From assembly GCA_965237525.1 (NCBI GenBank), contig CBDEFO010000008.1, forward strand, positions 1,664,001 to 1,728,000: DNA of 64,000 nt, given 5' to 3'. This document shows, piece after piece, positions 50,235 through 59,793 of this stretch. Both the position numbers and the translations under genes were made by a program. Position 1 is the first letter of the stretch. Each line of letters opens with the position of its first letter. The notes beneath the pieces were generated by a model that was given only the letters and a program-made list of their open reading frames with translations, did no database searches and had not been told where the DNA came from. The DNA comes from Candidatus Latescibacterota bacterium (GTDB lineage: Bacteria; Latescibacterota; CBDEFO01).

Positions 50235-51977
50235 ATGCTTATAGACAAACTTAAAGAGATACAAGAGGAACACGGCTACCTTCCGCAAGACGAGCTTACT
50301 TCTCTGTCCGAGCAGGAGCATATCCCCCTTTATGATATTCACGGGGTAGCAAGCTTCTATCCGCATTTCCATCTGGAGCCTCCGCCGCAGATAGAGGTGA
50401 AGGTGTGCACGGATATGTCCTGCCATCTGAGGGGAGCGTCGCGGGTTATGGATGAGGCCAAAAGTTCCGTCTCAAAATTGGACAAGAATAAAGCCTCTGT
50501 CTCGGAAGTATCGTGTCTGGGACAGTGCGACGGTGCTCCCGCCATATCCATCAACGGCCGGAGTTACAACAAAGTTGCAGGGGAAAAGCTGAAATCCTTG
50601 ATGGAGAAGCTATCATCTGGAGATCTTCCGGGAAGGCAGCCGATGCGGGTAGCGGATACGAATTTCAAGATCGATCCCTATAAGAGATCCGAGCCGTTCA
50701 GGGCACTGAGGGAACTCCTCAAGAGCGGGGACTCACAAAGATGCATCCAGGTGCTCAAGGAGAGTGGCCTCCTGGGCATGGGCGGAGCGGGATTCCGAAC
50801 GGGCTTAAAGTGGGAGATCGTGGGCAAGGAAAAAAGCGACAAGAAATACATAATCTGCAACGCAGACGAGAGCGAACCGGGCACCTGCAAGGACAGGGTC
50901 TTAATGGAGACGCTCCCCGACCTGATGATAGAGGGCATGATAATCGGAGGATTCGTCGTAGGCTCCGACGAAGGCTATATATTCATCCGGCATGAGTACG
51001 ATAGACAAAGAGAGATTCTGGAAAGAGCAATAAGGGCTTGTCGAGATCAAGGCCTGATAGGCAGCGATATTCTGGACTCCGGGTTCGACTTTAACATAAG
51101 CATATTTGAGAGTCCGGGAGGCTATATATGCGGTGAGGAGACGGCTCTGTTGGAGGCGATGGAGGGCAAGAGGGCGGAGCCGAGGAATAAACCTCCATTT
51201 CCGGGAAGTTTCGGCCTCTGGGGAAAGCCGACGCTCATCAACAACGTGGAGACCTTCGCCTTTGTGCCGGGGATACTGATCAAAGGCTCCCAGTGGTTCA
51301 AAGACTGTGGTGCCAACGGGTCGGACGGCCTTAAATTTCTGGCTCTGAGCGGTCACGTCAGGAACCCCGGGGTCTATGAGGTTCCCTTGGGCATCTCTGC
51401 CAGGGACTTTATTTGCAAATACGGAAGTGGAATGGTGGGAAATAGTAAGCTAAAGGCGTTCGCTCCCGGAGGGGCCTCGTCCGGATTTCTGCCGGGAGAG
51501 ATGGCTGACGTAGCGCTCGATTTCAAAGCCCTATCTGACGCAGGTTCGATGCTCGGCTCAGGTGCTGTCGTGGCTGTGGCAGATGGGACGTGTATGCTGG
51601 ATCTGGCGAAGAATGTGATAAAGTTCTTCAGAAACGAGTCCTGCGGCAAGTGCGTGCCCTGCAGGGTCGGCTCGCAGAAGCTAGTGGATATATTGGAGGG
51701 CACAAGCAGGGGAGAAGGTACAGAGCAGGATTTGGAGCCTATCCTGGAGCTCTCGGAGGCTATGCAGCTTACGTCCATCTGCGGATTGGGACAGGCTGCC
51801 CCCTACCCTGTTTTGTCTGTGCTTAAATATTTCAAAGATGAGGTCTACGACCACATTGCAAAGGGGAAGTGCCCGTCGGGAGTGTGTTTAACGAGTAGAC
51901 AGCAAACAGTAGACAGTAGACAGGGGATACATCCTCCCCCCTCCGAGATTGCTTCGGGGTTGCACCCCTCGCAATGA
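50235..51977 (+). CDS. NuoE-NuoF fusion (FdsG/FdsB-like NAD-binding subunit of formate dehydrogenase)
   Basis: [2Fe-2S] Cys (CTDMSC, CLGQC), GMGGAGF, NADESEPG, YICGEETAL, CGKCVPC. Confidence 0.9.
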   Translation: MLIDKLKEIQEEHGYLPQDELTSLSEQEHIPLYDIHGVASFYPHFHLEPPPQIEVKVCTDMSCHLRGASRVMDEAKSSVSKLDKNKASVSEVSCLGQCDGAPAISINGRSYNKVAGEKLKSLMEKLSSGDLPGRQPMRVADTNFKIDPYKRSEPFRALRELLKSGDSQRCIQVLKESGLLGMGGAGFRTGLKWEIVGKEKSDKKYIICNADESEPGTCKDRVLMETLPDLMIEGMIIGGFVVGSDEGYIFIRHEYDRQREILERAIRACRDQGLIGSDILDSGFDFNISIFESPGGYICGEETALLEAMEGKRAEPRNKPPFPGSFGLWGKPTLINNVETFAFVPGILIKGSQWFKDCGANGSDGLKFLALSGHVRNPGVYEVPLGISARDFICKYGSGMVGNSKLKAFAPGGASSGFLPGEMADVALDFKALSDAGSMLGSGAVVAVADGTCMLDLAKNVIKFFRNESCGKCVPCRVGSQKLVDILEGTSRGEGTEQDLEPILELSEAMQLTSICGLGQAAPYPVLSVLKYFKDEVYDHIAKGKCPSGVCLTSRQQTVDSRQGIHPPPSEIASGLHPSQ

Positions 51978-52134
51978 CTAAGGCAGGAGTAGGAAATGAC
52001 TGGAGTCCCAAGCCAAGCAATGTCATTGCAAGCCCTTTTTAATTGTCATTGCGAGCGAAGCGAAGCAATCTCAATACTGAGGACCGAATAACTCTGAAGT
52101 AATTAGTGTCATTCTGTATGGTAAGGAGAAAAAT

Positions 52135-54072
52135 ATGGGCCTAAACTTGACAAAGAAGATTCTAAATGAACATCTGGTCTCCGGGGAACTGAATCCCGGC
52201 GAGGAGATCGCTATTGGCATAGACCAGGTCCTTATACAGGACCTTACAGGGACGCAGGCGGTTGTGCACTTTGAGGCTATGGGGCTTGAGAGGGTGCGCT
52301 GCAAGGTCGCCGTCTGCTTTGCCGATCACAATGTGCTGCAGGTGAAACCGGAGAACATGGAGGATCACCTCTATCTGCAGAGCGCCTGCCGGAAGTACGG
52401 GGTATGGTTTGCCAAGCCGGCGTCAGGCATCGGACATCAGATACATTTAGAGCACTTTGCCGTCCCGGGGGAGACCGCCCTGGGCGCTGACAGCCACACG
52501 CCTCACTGCGGCGGGATAGGGATGATGGCTATCGGAGCGGGCGGCCGCGACGTAGCAGTAGCTATGGGCGGAGGGTCTTATCATATTACTATGCCGAAGG
52601 TGGTCTGCGTACGTCTTGAGGGAGAACTTCAGCCCTGGTGCACAGCCAAGGACGTGATATTGGAACTTCTGCGACGTCTCTCGGCTCGCGGCGGATACGG
52701 CAAGATCTTTGAATTTACAGGACCCGGAATCGAGACCCTCAACGCCCAACAGCGTGTCACTATCACCAATATGTGCACAGAGTTAGGGGCTACAACGGGC
52801 ATCTTCCCAAGCGACGAGATCACATTGGAGTTCTTCCGCCGCCTGGGGCGGGAGGAGGACTGGCGCGAGGCGCTCCCCGACCCGGACGCCGAATACGATG
52901 AAGTTATCCAACTGGATCTTTCCCGGATCGAACCCTTAGTAGCCCTTCCGAGCCTGCCTGATAATGTCGTCCCTGTCCGAGAAGTGGCGGGGACTAAAAT
53001 AGAGCAGGTCATGGTGGGAAGCTGCACGAACGGGTCGTACACAGACCTTCAGGCTGTGGCCAAGATCATGCGCGGTCAGAGGGTCCATCCCGAAGTTACA
53101 TTCTTCGTACATCCCAGCAGTCGCTCGGCTCTGGAGCTGTTAGCCAGGGAGGGTCACCTCACAGAACTTATCGCAGCGGGTGTAAACGTGGCTGAGGCTA
53201 CGTGCGGGGCGTGCATAGGCAGCGGGCACGTGCCGGCACCGGGGACGAAGAGCCTGAGGGCTGTCAACCGGAACTTCAAAGGGAGAAGCGGACTTAACGA
53301 AGACCAGGTATATCTATCCAGTTCAGAGACCGCCACAGCTACGGCTATCCGGGGCGTGCTCACCGACCCTCGGGATCTGGACGTACCAGCACCTGCCGCG
53401 GAACTGCCCTCTCGCATAGATCAGAATAATCCCAATTTGATCCCTCCTGTGTCCGCTGAGGAGGCTGAGAATCTGACCGTGGAACGGGGTGAAAACATCG
53501 TCCCCGCGCCTCTGAAGGATCCGCTTGAGGAGAATCCGGTAGGTGAAGCACTGATCAAGGTGGGAGACGACATCAGCACCGATGACATCATGCCCGCAAG
53601 TTCGGAGATACTGGCGTATCGTTCGAATATACCCAAAATCAGCGAATTTGTCTATCATCGCCTGGACCCGGAGTTCAGCAAAAGGACATTGGAGAAAAAG
53701 GGCGGCTTTATCGTCGGAGGCGACAATTACGGTCAGGGATCATCCCGCGAGCATGCGGCAATAGCTCCGATGTATCTGGGTGTTAAAGGCGTCATCGCCA
53801 AGTCCTTTGCGCGAATACACTACGCCAATCTGGTCAACTGGGGACTTTTGCCTCTGGTCTTCCAGAATCCGTCCGATTATGACAAGATCGATCAGGGTGA
53901 CGAGTTCTCTATACAGAACGCGCACAAAGGAGTAGACGAACTCTCTTTGACAGTGGAGAACAGGACCAAAAAGTTCAGCTTCAACGTGACCATGGACCTG
54001 ACAGAGCGTCAGAAGGCTCTCTTGAAGGCGGGAGGATTGCTGCCGTACACGCGCCAGACAGGGCAAGATTAG
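52135..54072 (+). CDS. Aconitate hydratase (short, Aquifex/archaeal-type)
   Basis: DHN, ADSHT, GSCTN, CGACIG, NRNFKGR, STDDIMP, NYGQGSSREHAA. Confidence 0.9.
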   Translation: MGLNLTKKILNEHLVSGELNPGEEIAIGIDQVLIQDLTGTQAVVHFEAMGLERVRCKVAVCFADHNVLQVKPENMEDHLYLQSACRKYGVWFAKPASGIGHQIHLEHFAVPGETALGADSHTPHCGGIGMMAIGAGGRDVAVAMGGGSYHITMPKVVCVRLEGELQPWCTAKDVILELLRRLSARGGYGKIFEFTGPGIETLNAQQRVTITNMCTELGATTGIFPSDEITLEFFRRLGREEDWREALPDPDAEYDEVIQLDLSRIEPLVALPSLPDNVVPVREVAGTKIEQVMVGSCTNGSYTDLQAVAKIMRGQRVHPEVTFFVHPSSRSALELLAREGHLTELIAAGVNVAEATCGACIGSGHVPAPGTKSLRAVNRNFKGRSGLNEDQVYLSSSETATATAIRGVLTDPRDLDVPAPAAELPSRIDQNNPNLIPPVSAEEAENLTVERGENIVPAPLKDPLEENPVGEALIKVGDDISTDDIMPASSEILAYRSNIPKISEFVYHRLDPEFSKRTLEKKGGFIVGGDNYGQGSSREHAAIAPMYLGVKGVIAKSFARIHYANLVNWGLLPLVFQNPSDYDKIDQGDEFSIQNAHKGVDELSLTVENRTKKFSFNVTMDLTERQKALLKAGGLLPYTRQTGQD

Positions 54073-54103
54073 GCAATTATCGATTATCTTAAGGGAATAG
54101 AGT

Positions 54104-54868
54104 ATGAACGAGATACACGAGGGAAATCGTAAAGGTTGGGATGCTGTATCTCCATATTGGCAAGAGAGAGTTGATGCATCTGGGGAATGGAGGAGATGTC
54201 ATATCGATCCAAGCTTGGCTTTGAATGAGCAAGAGTTGGGATACCTGGGAGATGTCTCCGGAAAGAATGTCTGCGTACTCGGCAGCGGCGACAATTTGGT
54301 AACATTCGCTTTTGCTGGACTGGGGGCGAGAGTTACCTCTATCGATATTTCGCAGAAACAGTTAGACATTGCCGCCAAGAGGGCTGGCGAACTTGGGCTT
54401 AATATCTCCTTCATCCGTGCAGACGTGATAAATCTGAGTCCCTTAGGAGATGAAACTTTTGAGGTGGTTTACACCGGAGGCCATGTGGCGGTTTGGGTTT
54501 CAGATCTAAAGAAATATTATTCAGAGGCTTACCGGATTCTCAAACCAGGGGGTATGTTCATAGTCAATGAATATCACCCATTTCGCCGACTTTGGAAGGA
54601 TTTATCGAGCCAGCTTGAAATGGAATTTGGGTATTTTGATAGAGGTCCTCATAGATTTGATCGTTCAGCAGAAGTCCCCGGAGCGGAAGAGTGTTCACTG
54701 CCGAGTTATGAGTTTCACTGGACTGTCGGTGACTATGTAACGGCAATAATTGATGCAGGCTGTGAATTGTTGGCGGTAAATGAAATTGGCGATCGACAGT
54801 ACGATTGGGAAGATGCGCCATTGGAGGGATTACCCGAAGATTTGCTGATGGTAGGTAGAAAAAGATGA
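54104..54868 (+). CDS. Class I SAM-dependent methyltransferase
   Basis: VCVLGSGD motif I, RILKPGG, EYHP. Confidence 0.85.
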   Translation: MNEIHEGNRKGWDAVSPYWQERVDASGEWRRCHIDPSLALNEQELGYLGDVSGKNVCVLGSGDNLVTFAFAGLGARVTSIDISQKQLDIAAKRAGELGLNISFIRADVINLSPLGDETFEVVYTGGHVAVWVSDLKKYYSEAYRILKPGGMFIVNEYHPFRRLWKDLSSQLEMEFGYFDRGPHRFDRSAEVPGAEECSLPSYEFHWTVGDYVTAIIDAGCELLAVNEIGDRQYDWEDAPLEGLPEDLLMVGRKR

Positions 54869-54975
54869 GCTATAAAGTGATGAACCCCCCAATAGGTATC
54901 CCTTAACGCTGATCCTGGTTACAAGAGGTGGATAAGAATGGAAGTCTTCTTAAAGAGGCTGACAAAGGAAGTATC

Positions 54976-57729
54976 ATGCCGAGTGATATAAATTTGACAA
55001 TAGATGACCTACCTGTGGTTGTCCCCCAGGGGAAAACTATATTCGATGCGGCTTCGGAGATCGGGATAGATATACCTGTGCTGTGCCATGAGCCGAAACT
55101 GGAGCCAGTGGGCGTATGCAGGGTCTGCGCAGTCGAGGTAGAGGGCTCAAGGGTGCCCCCCGCTGCCTGCATAAGGAAGGCCGAAGAGGGGATGGTCGTA
55201 AGGACGAATACCGAGAGGATAGAACGCTCAAGGAAGACCCTGGTGGAACTGCTCCTTGCCGATCACCCGATACCCTGCCAGAAGCACGAAAAATACGGCA
55301 ACTGCGAGCTTGAGCTTATGGCCTCAAAGATGGGCGTGAAGGCATCGAGGTTCAAAAGCAGAGCATGGGAAGATGGACACGATATATCTTCTGCCGTGAT
55401 TTCGGTAGATCACACGGCCTGCATTATGTGCGACAGATGCATCAGGGCGTGCGATGAGATTCAAGTGAATTTAGTGATAGGCAGGGCAGGCAAGGGCTAT
55501 TCGGCGCACATAGCATTCGACAACGACATCCCGATGGGAGATTCCAGCTGCGTGTCGTGCGGAGAGTGCATGGCTTACTGTCCAACAGGTGCGTTGATAG
55601 ACAAACCGATTCTTAAAGAGGTGATCCCCAAGGAGAGTCCCACCAAAGCGATAGACTCCATATGTCCCTACTGCGGAGTCGGGTGCAGTCTGACGTATCA
55701 CGTCACAGACGACAAGATAGTAAACGTAAGCGGAAGGGCGAGTCCGGTAAATCACGGGAGGCTCTGTGTAAAGGGGAGATATGGCTTTGACTACGCTCAT
55801 CATCCCACCAGACTGACGACTCCCCTGATCAGAAAGGAGGACTATCCCAAGACGATCCAGACAGAAAATCCCCCAGAAAATCCAATAGACGCTTTCAGAG
55901 AGGCCACCTGGGACGAGGCTATGGCGCTTTCTGCGTCGAAGTTCATGGAGATAAAAAACAACATCGGTCCCCAGGCTCTGGCGGGATTCGGATCGGCAAA
56001 GTGCTCCAACGAGGATAACTTCCTGTTCCAGAAGCTGATAAGGGCTGTGTTCGGCACCAATAATGTAGACCACTGTACGAGATTGTGTCACGCCTCATCG
56101 GTTGCGGCCCTGATGGAGACCATCGGAAGCGGAGCTGTATCGAACGTCTTTGCCGATGTGCGCTACGCCGATGTCGCCGTTGTGATCGGTGCAAATCCAA
56201 CGGAGAACCACCCTGTGGCGGCTACATTTATGAAGCAGGCGGTCTTAAAGGGCACAAAGCTTATAGTAATTGATCCCCGAAGGCCTCCTCTGGCCCAGAA
56301 CGCCGACTATTACGTCAGGTTCAATCCCGGAACCGACGTGGCCCTCTTAAACGGGATGATGAACGTAATCATAAGCCAAGGTCTGCACGATGAGGAGTTC
56401 ATAGACAGAAGGACGGTGGGATTTTCAAAGCTGAAGGAGACGGTGAAAGACTACACGCCTGAAGTAGCGGAGAAGATAACGGGGGTTCCAAAAGATGTAA
56501 TTGTAGAGGTGGCCCGGTGCTACGGCAAGGCGAAAAATGCTATGATATTCTGGGGCATGGGCATCTCACAGCATACGACGGGGACAGACAACGCAAGGTC
56601 TCTTGTCTCATTAGCCCTTCTGACGGGGAATATCGGGAGACCAGGAACGGGTCTGCATCCACTGAGAGGACAGAACAACGTACAGGGCGCCTCAGATGTT
56701 GGGCTCATACCGATGGTCTATCCGGGTTATCAAAAGGTGGACGATCCAAGCGTGCGAAATAGGTTTGAAGATGTCTGGGGCGTGCCTCTGGATCCAGACC
56801 CGGGTCTTACGGTAGTGGAGATCATGACTGCCGCTCTGGACGGCAAGATCAAAGGCATGTTTATAATGGGCGAAAATCCACTCTTGAGCGATCCGAATAC
56901 CAACAAGGTGAAAAAGTGCCTTTCGTCCCTGGAGTTCTTAGTTGTGCAGGATATATTTTTGACAGAAACGGCCGAGTTTGCCGACGTAGTTCTGCCTGCT
57001 ACGAGCTTTGCCGAAAAGGATGGGACTTACACAAATACTGACAGGAGGGTCCAAAGAGGTCGGAAGGCCGTAAATCCTCCGGGAGGGGCAAGGGAGGACT
57101 GGAAGATCCTGGCGGAGCTTTCCACAAGGATGGGCTATCCTATGGAATACGATTCGCCAGAGGAGATATTTGCGGAGATAAAAAGGGTCACGCCCAGCTA
57201 TGGGGGGCTTACGTATGAGAGGATAGAAAAGGAGGGTCTGCTGTGGCCCTGTCCCGACGAAGATCACGCGGGAACGTCTGTTCTCTTTGCCGACACGTTC
57301 CCCAGCGGCAAAGGCAAGTTCGTGCCCGCACAGTTTGCCCTACCGAAGGAACTTCCGGACGAGGAATATCCGTATGTTCTGAACACCGGAAGGGTACTTC
57401 AGCACTGGCATACAGGGACGATGACCAGAAGGTCTAGGGCCCTCGACCAGATGAGCCCTGAGCCGTTTGTAGAGATGCACCCTCTGGATATGGAAAGGTT
57501 GGGCGTTGCTGACGGACAATTCGTGAAAGTCTCCTCCAGAAGAGGAGAGATAACGTTGAAGACGAGGCATTCACCGAAGGTCTCAAAGAGCAACGTCTTT
57601 ATCCCCTTCCACTTCAAGGAAGCGGCGGCCAACGTGCTTACCATAGACGAATTGGATCCCTACGCCAAGATCCCGGAGTTCAAGTTCTGTGCCGTGAAGA
57701 TAGAAAAAATATTAGACAGCAAACAGTAG
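54976..57729 (+). CDS. fdhF: Formate dehydrogenase alpha subunit (Cys-type, N-terminal Fe-S domains)
   Basis: CPYCGVGC, LCVKG, CTRLCHAS, LRGQNNVQG, PEFK.CAV. Confidence 0.95.
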   Translation: MPSDINLTIDDLPVVVPQGKTIFDAASEIGIDIPVLCHEPKLEPVGVCRVCAVEVEGSRVPPAACIRKAEEGMVVRTNTERIERSRKTLVELLLADHPIPCQKHEKYGNCELELMASKMGVKASRFKSRAWEDGHDISSAVISVDHTACIMCDRCIRACDEIQVNLVIGRAGKGYSAHIAFDNDIPMGDSSCVSCGECMAYCPTGALIDKPILKEVIPKESPTKAIDSICPYCGVGCSLTYHVTDDKIVNVSGRASPVNHGRLCVKGRYGFDYAHHPTRLTTPLIRKEDYPKTIQTENPPENPIDAFREATWDEAMALSASKFMEIKNNIGPQALAGFGSAKCSNEDNFLFQKLIRAVFGTNNVDHCTRLCHASSVAALMETIGSGAVSNVFADVRYADVAVVIGANPTENHPVAATFMKQAVLKGTKLIVIDPRRPPLAQNADYYVRFNPGTDVALLNGMMNVIISQGLHDEEFIDRRTVGFSKLKETVKDYTPEVAEKITGVPKDVIVEVARCYGKAKNAMIFWGMGISQHTTGTDNARSLVSLALLTGNIGRPGTGLHPLRGQNNVQGASDVGLIPMVYPGYQKVDDPSVRNRFEDVWGVPLDPDPGLTVVEIMTAALDGKIKGMFIMGENPLLSDPNTNKVKKCLSSLEFLVVQDIFLTETAEFADVVLPATSFAEKDGTYTNTDRRVQRGRKAVNPPGGAREDWKILAELSTRMGYPMEYDSPEEIFAEIKRVTPSYGGLTYERIEKEGLLWPCPDEDHAGTSVLFADTFPSGKGKFVPAQFALPKELPDEEYPYVLNTGRVLQHWHTGTMTRRSRALDQMSPEPFVEMHPLDMERLGVADGQFVKVSSRRGEITLKTRHSPKVSKSNVFIPFHFKEAAANVLTIDELDPYAKIPEFKFCAVKIEKILDSKQ

Positions 57730-57856
57730 ACAGGGGCACCGTATCCCCTCCCACCAGATCGCTTCGGGAGATGGGCAGGGATGCCCTGTATGCTGTCTAA
57801 CTAGACAGAATGTCTGTTCTACTGTCTACTGCATTTAGATAGGTGGTGAACACAAC

Positions 57857-58750
57857 ATGTCAGGAGTCATAACTAAACTCTCGGAGCTATCCACAAAGAT
57901 AGTGGATACCTACGAGGAATACGGCGGCATCAACAGAATCGACAGCGAGAATTTTCCATCAAGAGAAAACGTTGTCTCGATACTTGAAGACCTCTTCTCG
58001 GTCACCTTCCCCGGCTATTTCGGAGACCCTGTTCCCTCAAGGGACAATATCCCCCTTTATGTGGACACCCTCTTGAACTCGATCTACATCCGGCTCTCAG
58101 ACGAAATAGCAAAGAGCTTCAGATGTTTCTCCGAAAAGGGTGATCCGCGAAAAGACTGCGAGAAGACGGCGGCGAACTTTGCCCTTGCTCTCCTTGGGAA
58201 GATACCTAAAGTACGTCAACTTTTGAATATAGATATCCAGGCCGCATACGAGGGCGATCCTGCCGCAAAGAACCGTGCAGAGATAATAACGTGCTACCCC
58301 TGCACAATCGCAATATCCACCTACCGCATCGCTCACGAACTCTATTTGATGGACATCCCCTTAATACCGAGGATTATGGGCGAATGGGCTCACAGCGGAA
58401 CGGGGATAGACATCCATCCAGGTGCAAAGATTGGGGAACGCTTCTTCGTAGATCACGGCACCGGCGTGGTCATTGGGGAGACCACTCTGATCGGAAATGA
58501 CGTGAAGATATACCAGGGCGTGACTCTCGGCGCACTGAGCTTCCCCAAAGACGAGTGCGGTAAGATCAAGAAAGGCGGCAAACGCCATCCCACGATAGAG
58601 GACGAGGTCGTCATCTACTCAGGGGCCACCATCCTGGGCGGCGACACGATCATCGGAAAGGGCTCCGTCATAGGAGCCAGCGCCTGGGTCATCTCCTCAG
58701 TCCCGCCGGGGACGAAGGTCATGATAGATGTAAGTCAGGAGATCAAATAG
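57857..58750 (+). CDS. cysE: Serine O-acetyltransferase (EpsC-type)
   Basis: GDPAA, YRIAH, GIDIHPGA, DHGTG, YQGVTLGA, KRHPT. Confidence 0.92.
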   Translation: MSGVITKLSELSTKIVDTYEEYGGINRIDSENFPSRENVVSILEDLFSVTFPGYFGDPVPSRDNIPLYVDTLLNSIYIRLSDEIAKSFRCFSEKGDPRKDCEKTAANFALALLGKIPKVRQLLNIDIQAAYEGDPAAKNRAEIITCYPCTIAISTYRIAHELYLMDIPLIPRIMGEWAHSGTGIDIHPGAKIGERFFVDHGTGVVIGETTLIGNDVKIYQGVTLGALSFPKDECGKIKKGGKRHPTIEDEVVIYSGATILGGDTIIGKGSVIGASAWVISSVPPGTKVMIDVSQEIK

Positions 58751-58940
58751 ACCAGCAGGCAGGTGGTCCCCGATTGAGCCCCCGACTGGATCGGGGTCGG
58801 GGATATGAAGCTCCAAAGTATCTGACCACAATGTAGGGGCGAGGCGCCGTGGGCGCTTTGCTGGGGAGTGGAGGCAGGAAAGCACGAAGTGCCCTCGTCC
58901 ATGTCAGACAGGAATGTCTGCCCCACCAAGGAATTGTCGT

Positions 58941-59702
58941 ATGAACCTTGAACTGTCCAGAGTAGTTAAAGAATACACCTTACGGCGGCGGCTCCGCTTT
59001 TTCCCCCGAACAAGGCGGGCGCCCTGCTCCCAGAAGCCATTCCGCCTTCATGTGGATATAAACGCTCAGGACGGTGTGAACATCCTCTTTGGGAGATCCG
59101 GCGCGGGTAAAACTACAGCCCTGAGACTGATTTCGGGCATGCTTACGCCCGACAGCGGAAAGATAGTCTTCAACGGGACTGTGTTCTTCGATTCAGACAA
59201 GGACATAGACCTCCCTATTCACCAGCGAAATATAGGCTTCGTATTCCAGAACTACGCTCTCTTCCCTCACATGAGCGCCTACGACAATATCGCCTACGGA
59301 GCCGTGGAGGTAACCCGGATCGAGGAATACTTAGACCTCTTCAAGATAGCTCACCTCAAAGATCGTCATCCGTTTGAGCTTTCGGGCGGCGAACAGCAGA
59401 GAGTAGCCGTCCTGCGAGCCCTTGCCACAAAGCCCAAATTGATGCTCCTGGACGAACCCCTTTCATCCGTGGACGAAGAGGTAAGAGAGGTCCTTTTAGA
59501 CGAACTAATGAAGATCAGGCTGATCTACAAGATTCCCTTCATATACGTGACTCACAACGTTTCAGAGGCGTTGAGGATAGGGGATTTCGTCTATGTGATA
59601 GACGAAGGCAGGATAGTCAAAAGTGGAGAGCCTGCGGAGGTCCTGAACACTCCGGGACGCGTGAGGGAGATGCATTCAGGCACGGATCAGGACTGGGTGT
59701 GA
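58941..59702 (+). CDS. ABC transporter ATP-binding protein, ModC-like
   Basis: LFGRSGAGKTT, IGFVFQNYALFPH, LSGGEQQR, LLDEP; no permease adjacent. Confidence 0.82.
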   Translation: MNLELSRVVKEYTLRRRLRFFPRTRRAPCSQKPFRLHVDINAQDGVNILFGRSGAGKTTALRLISGMLTPDSGKIVFNGTVFFDSDKDIDLPIHQRNIGFVFQNYALFPHMSAYDNIAYGAVEVTRIEEYLDLFKIAHLKDRHPFELSGGEQQRVAVLRALATKPKLMLLDEPLSSVDEEVREVLLDELMKIRLIYKIPFIYVTHNVSEALRIGDFVYVIDEGRIVKSGEPAEVLNTPGRVREMHSGTDQDWV

Positions 59703-59793
59703 AGGACTCCACCTTTAAGGATGGAGATTGTTAACAAGCAAGGTTTCGCCCTTCTTAGCAAAAGTTCCCTTCTAACCAACACTTTGGTTCGTC

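Noticed and set aside
54976..57729. Selenocysteine-containing FDH
   Set aside because: The active-site codon is TGT (CTRLCHAS); no in-frame TGA
1253..58890. CRISPR array or integron attC cassettes as the explanation for the recurring repeats
   Set aside because: Repeats are dispersed, with no regular spacers, cas genes, intI or consistent GTTRRRY ends
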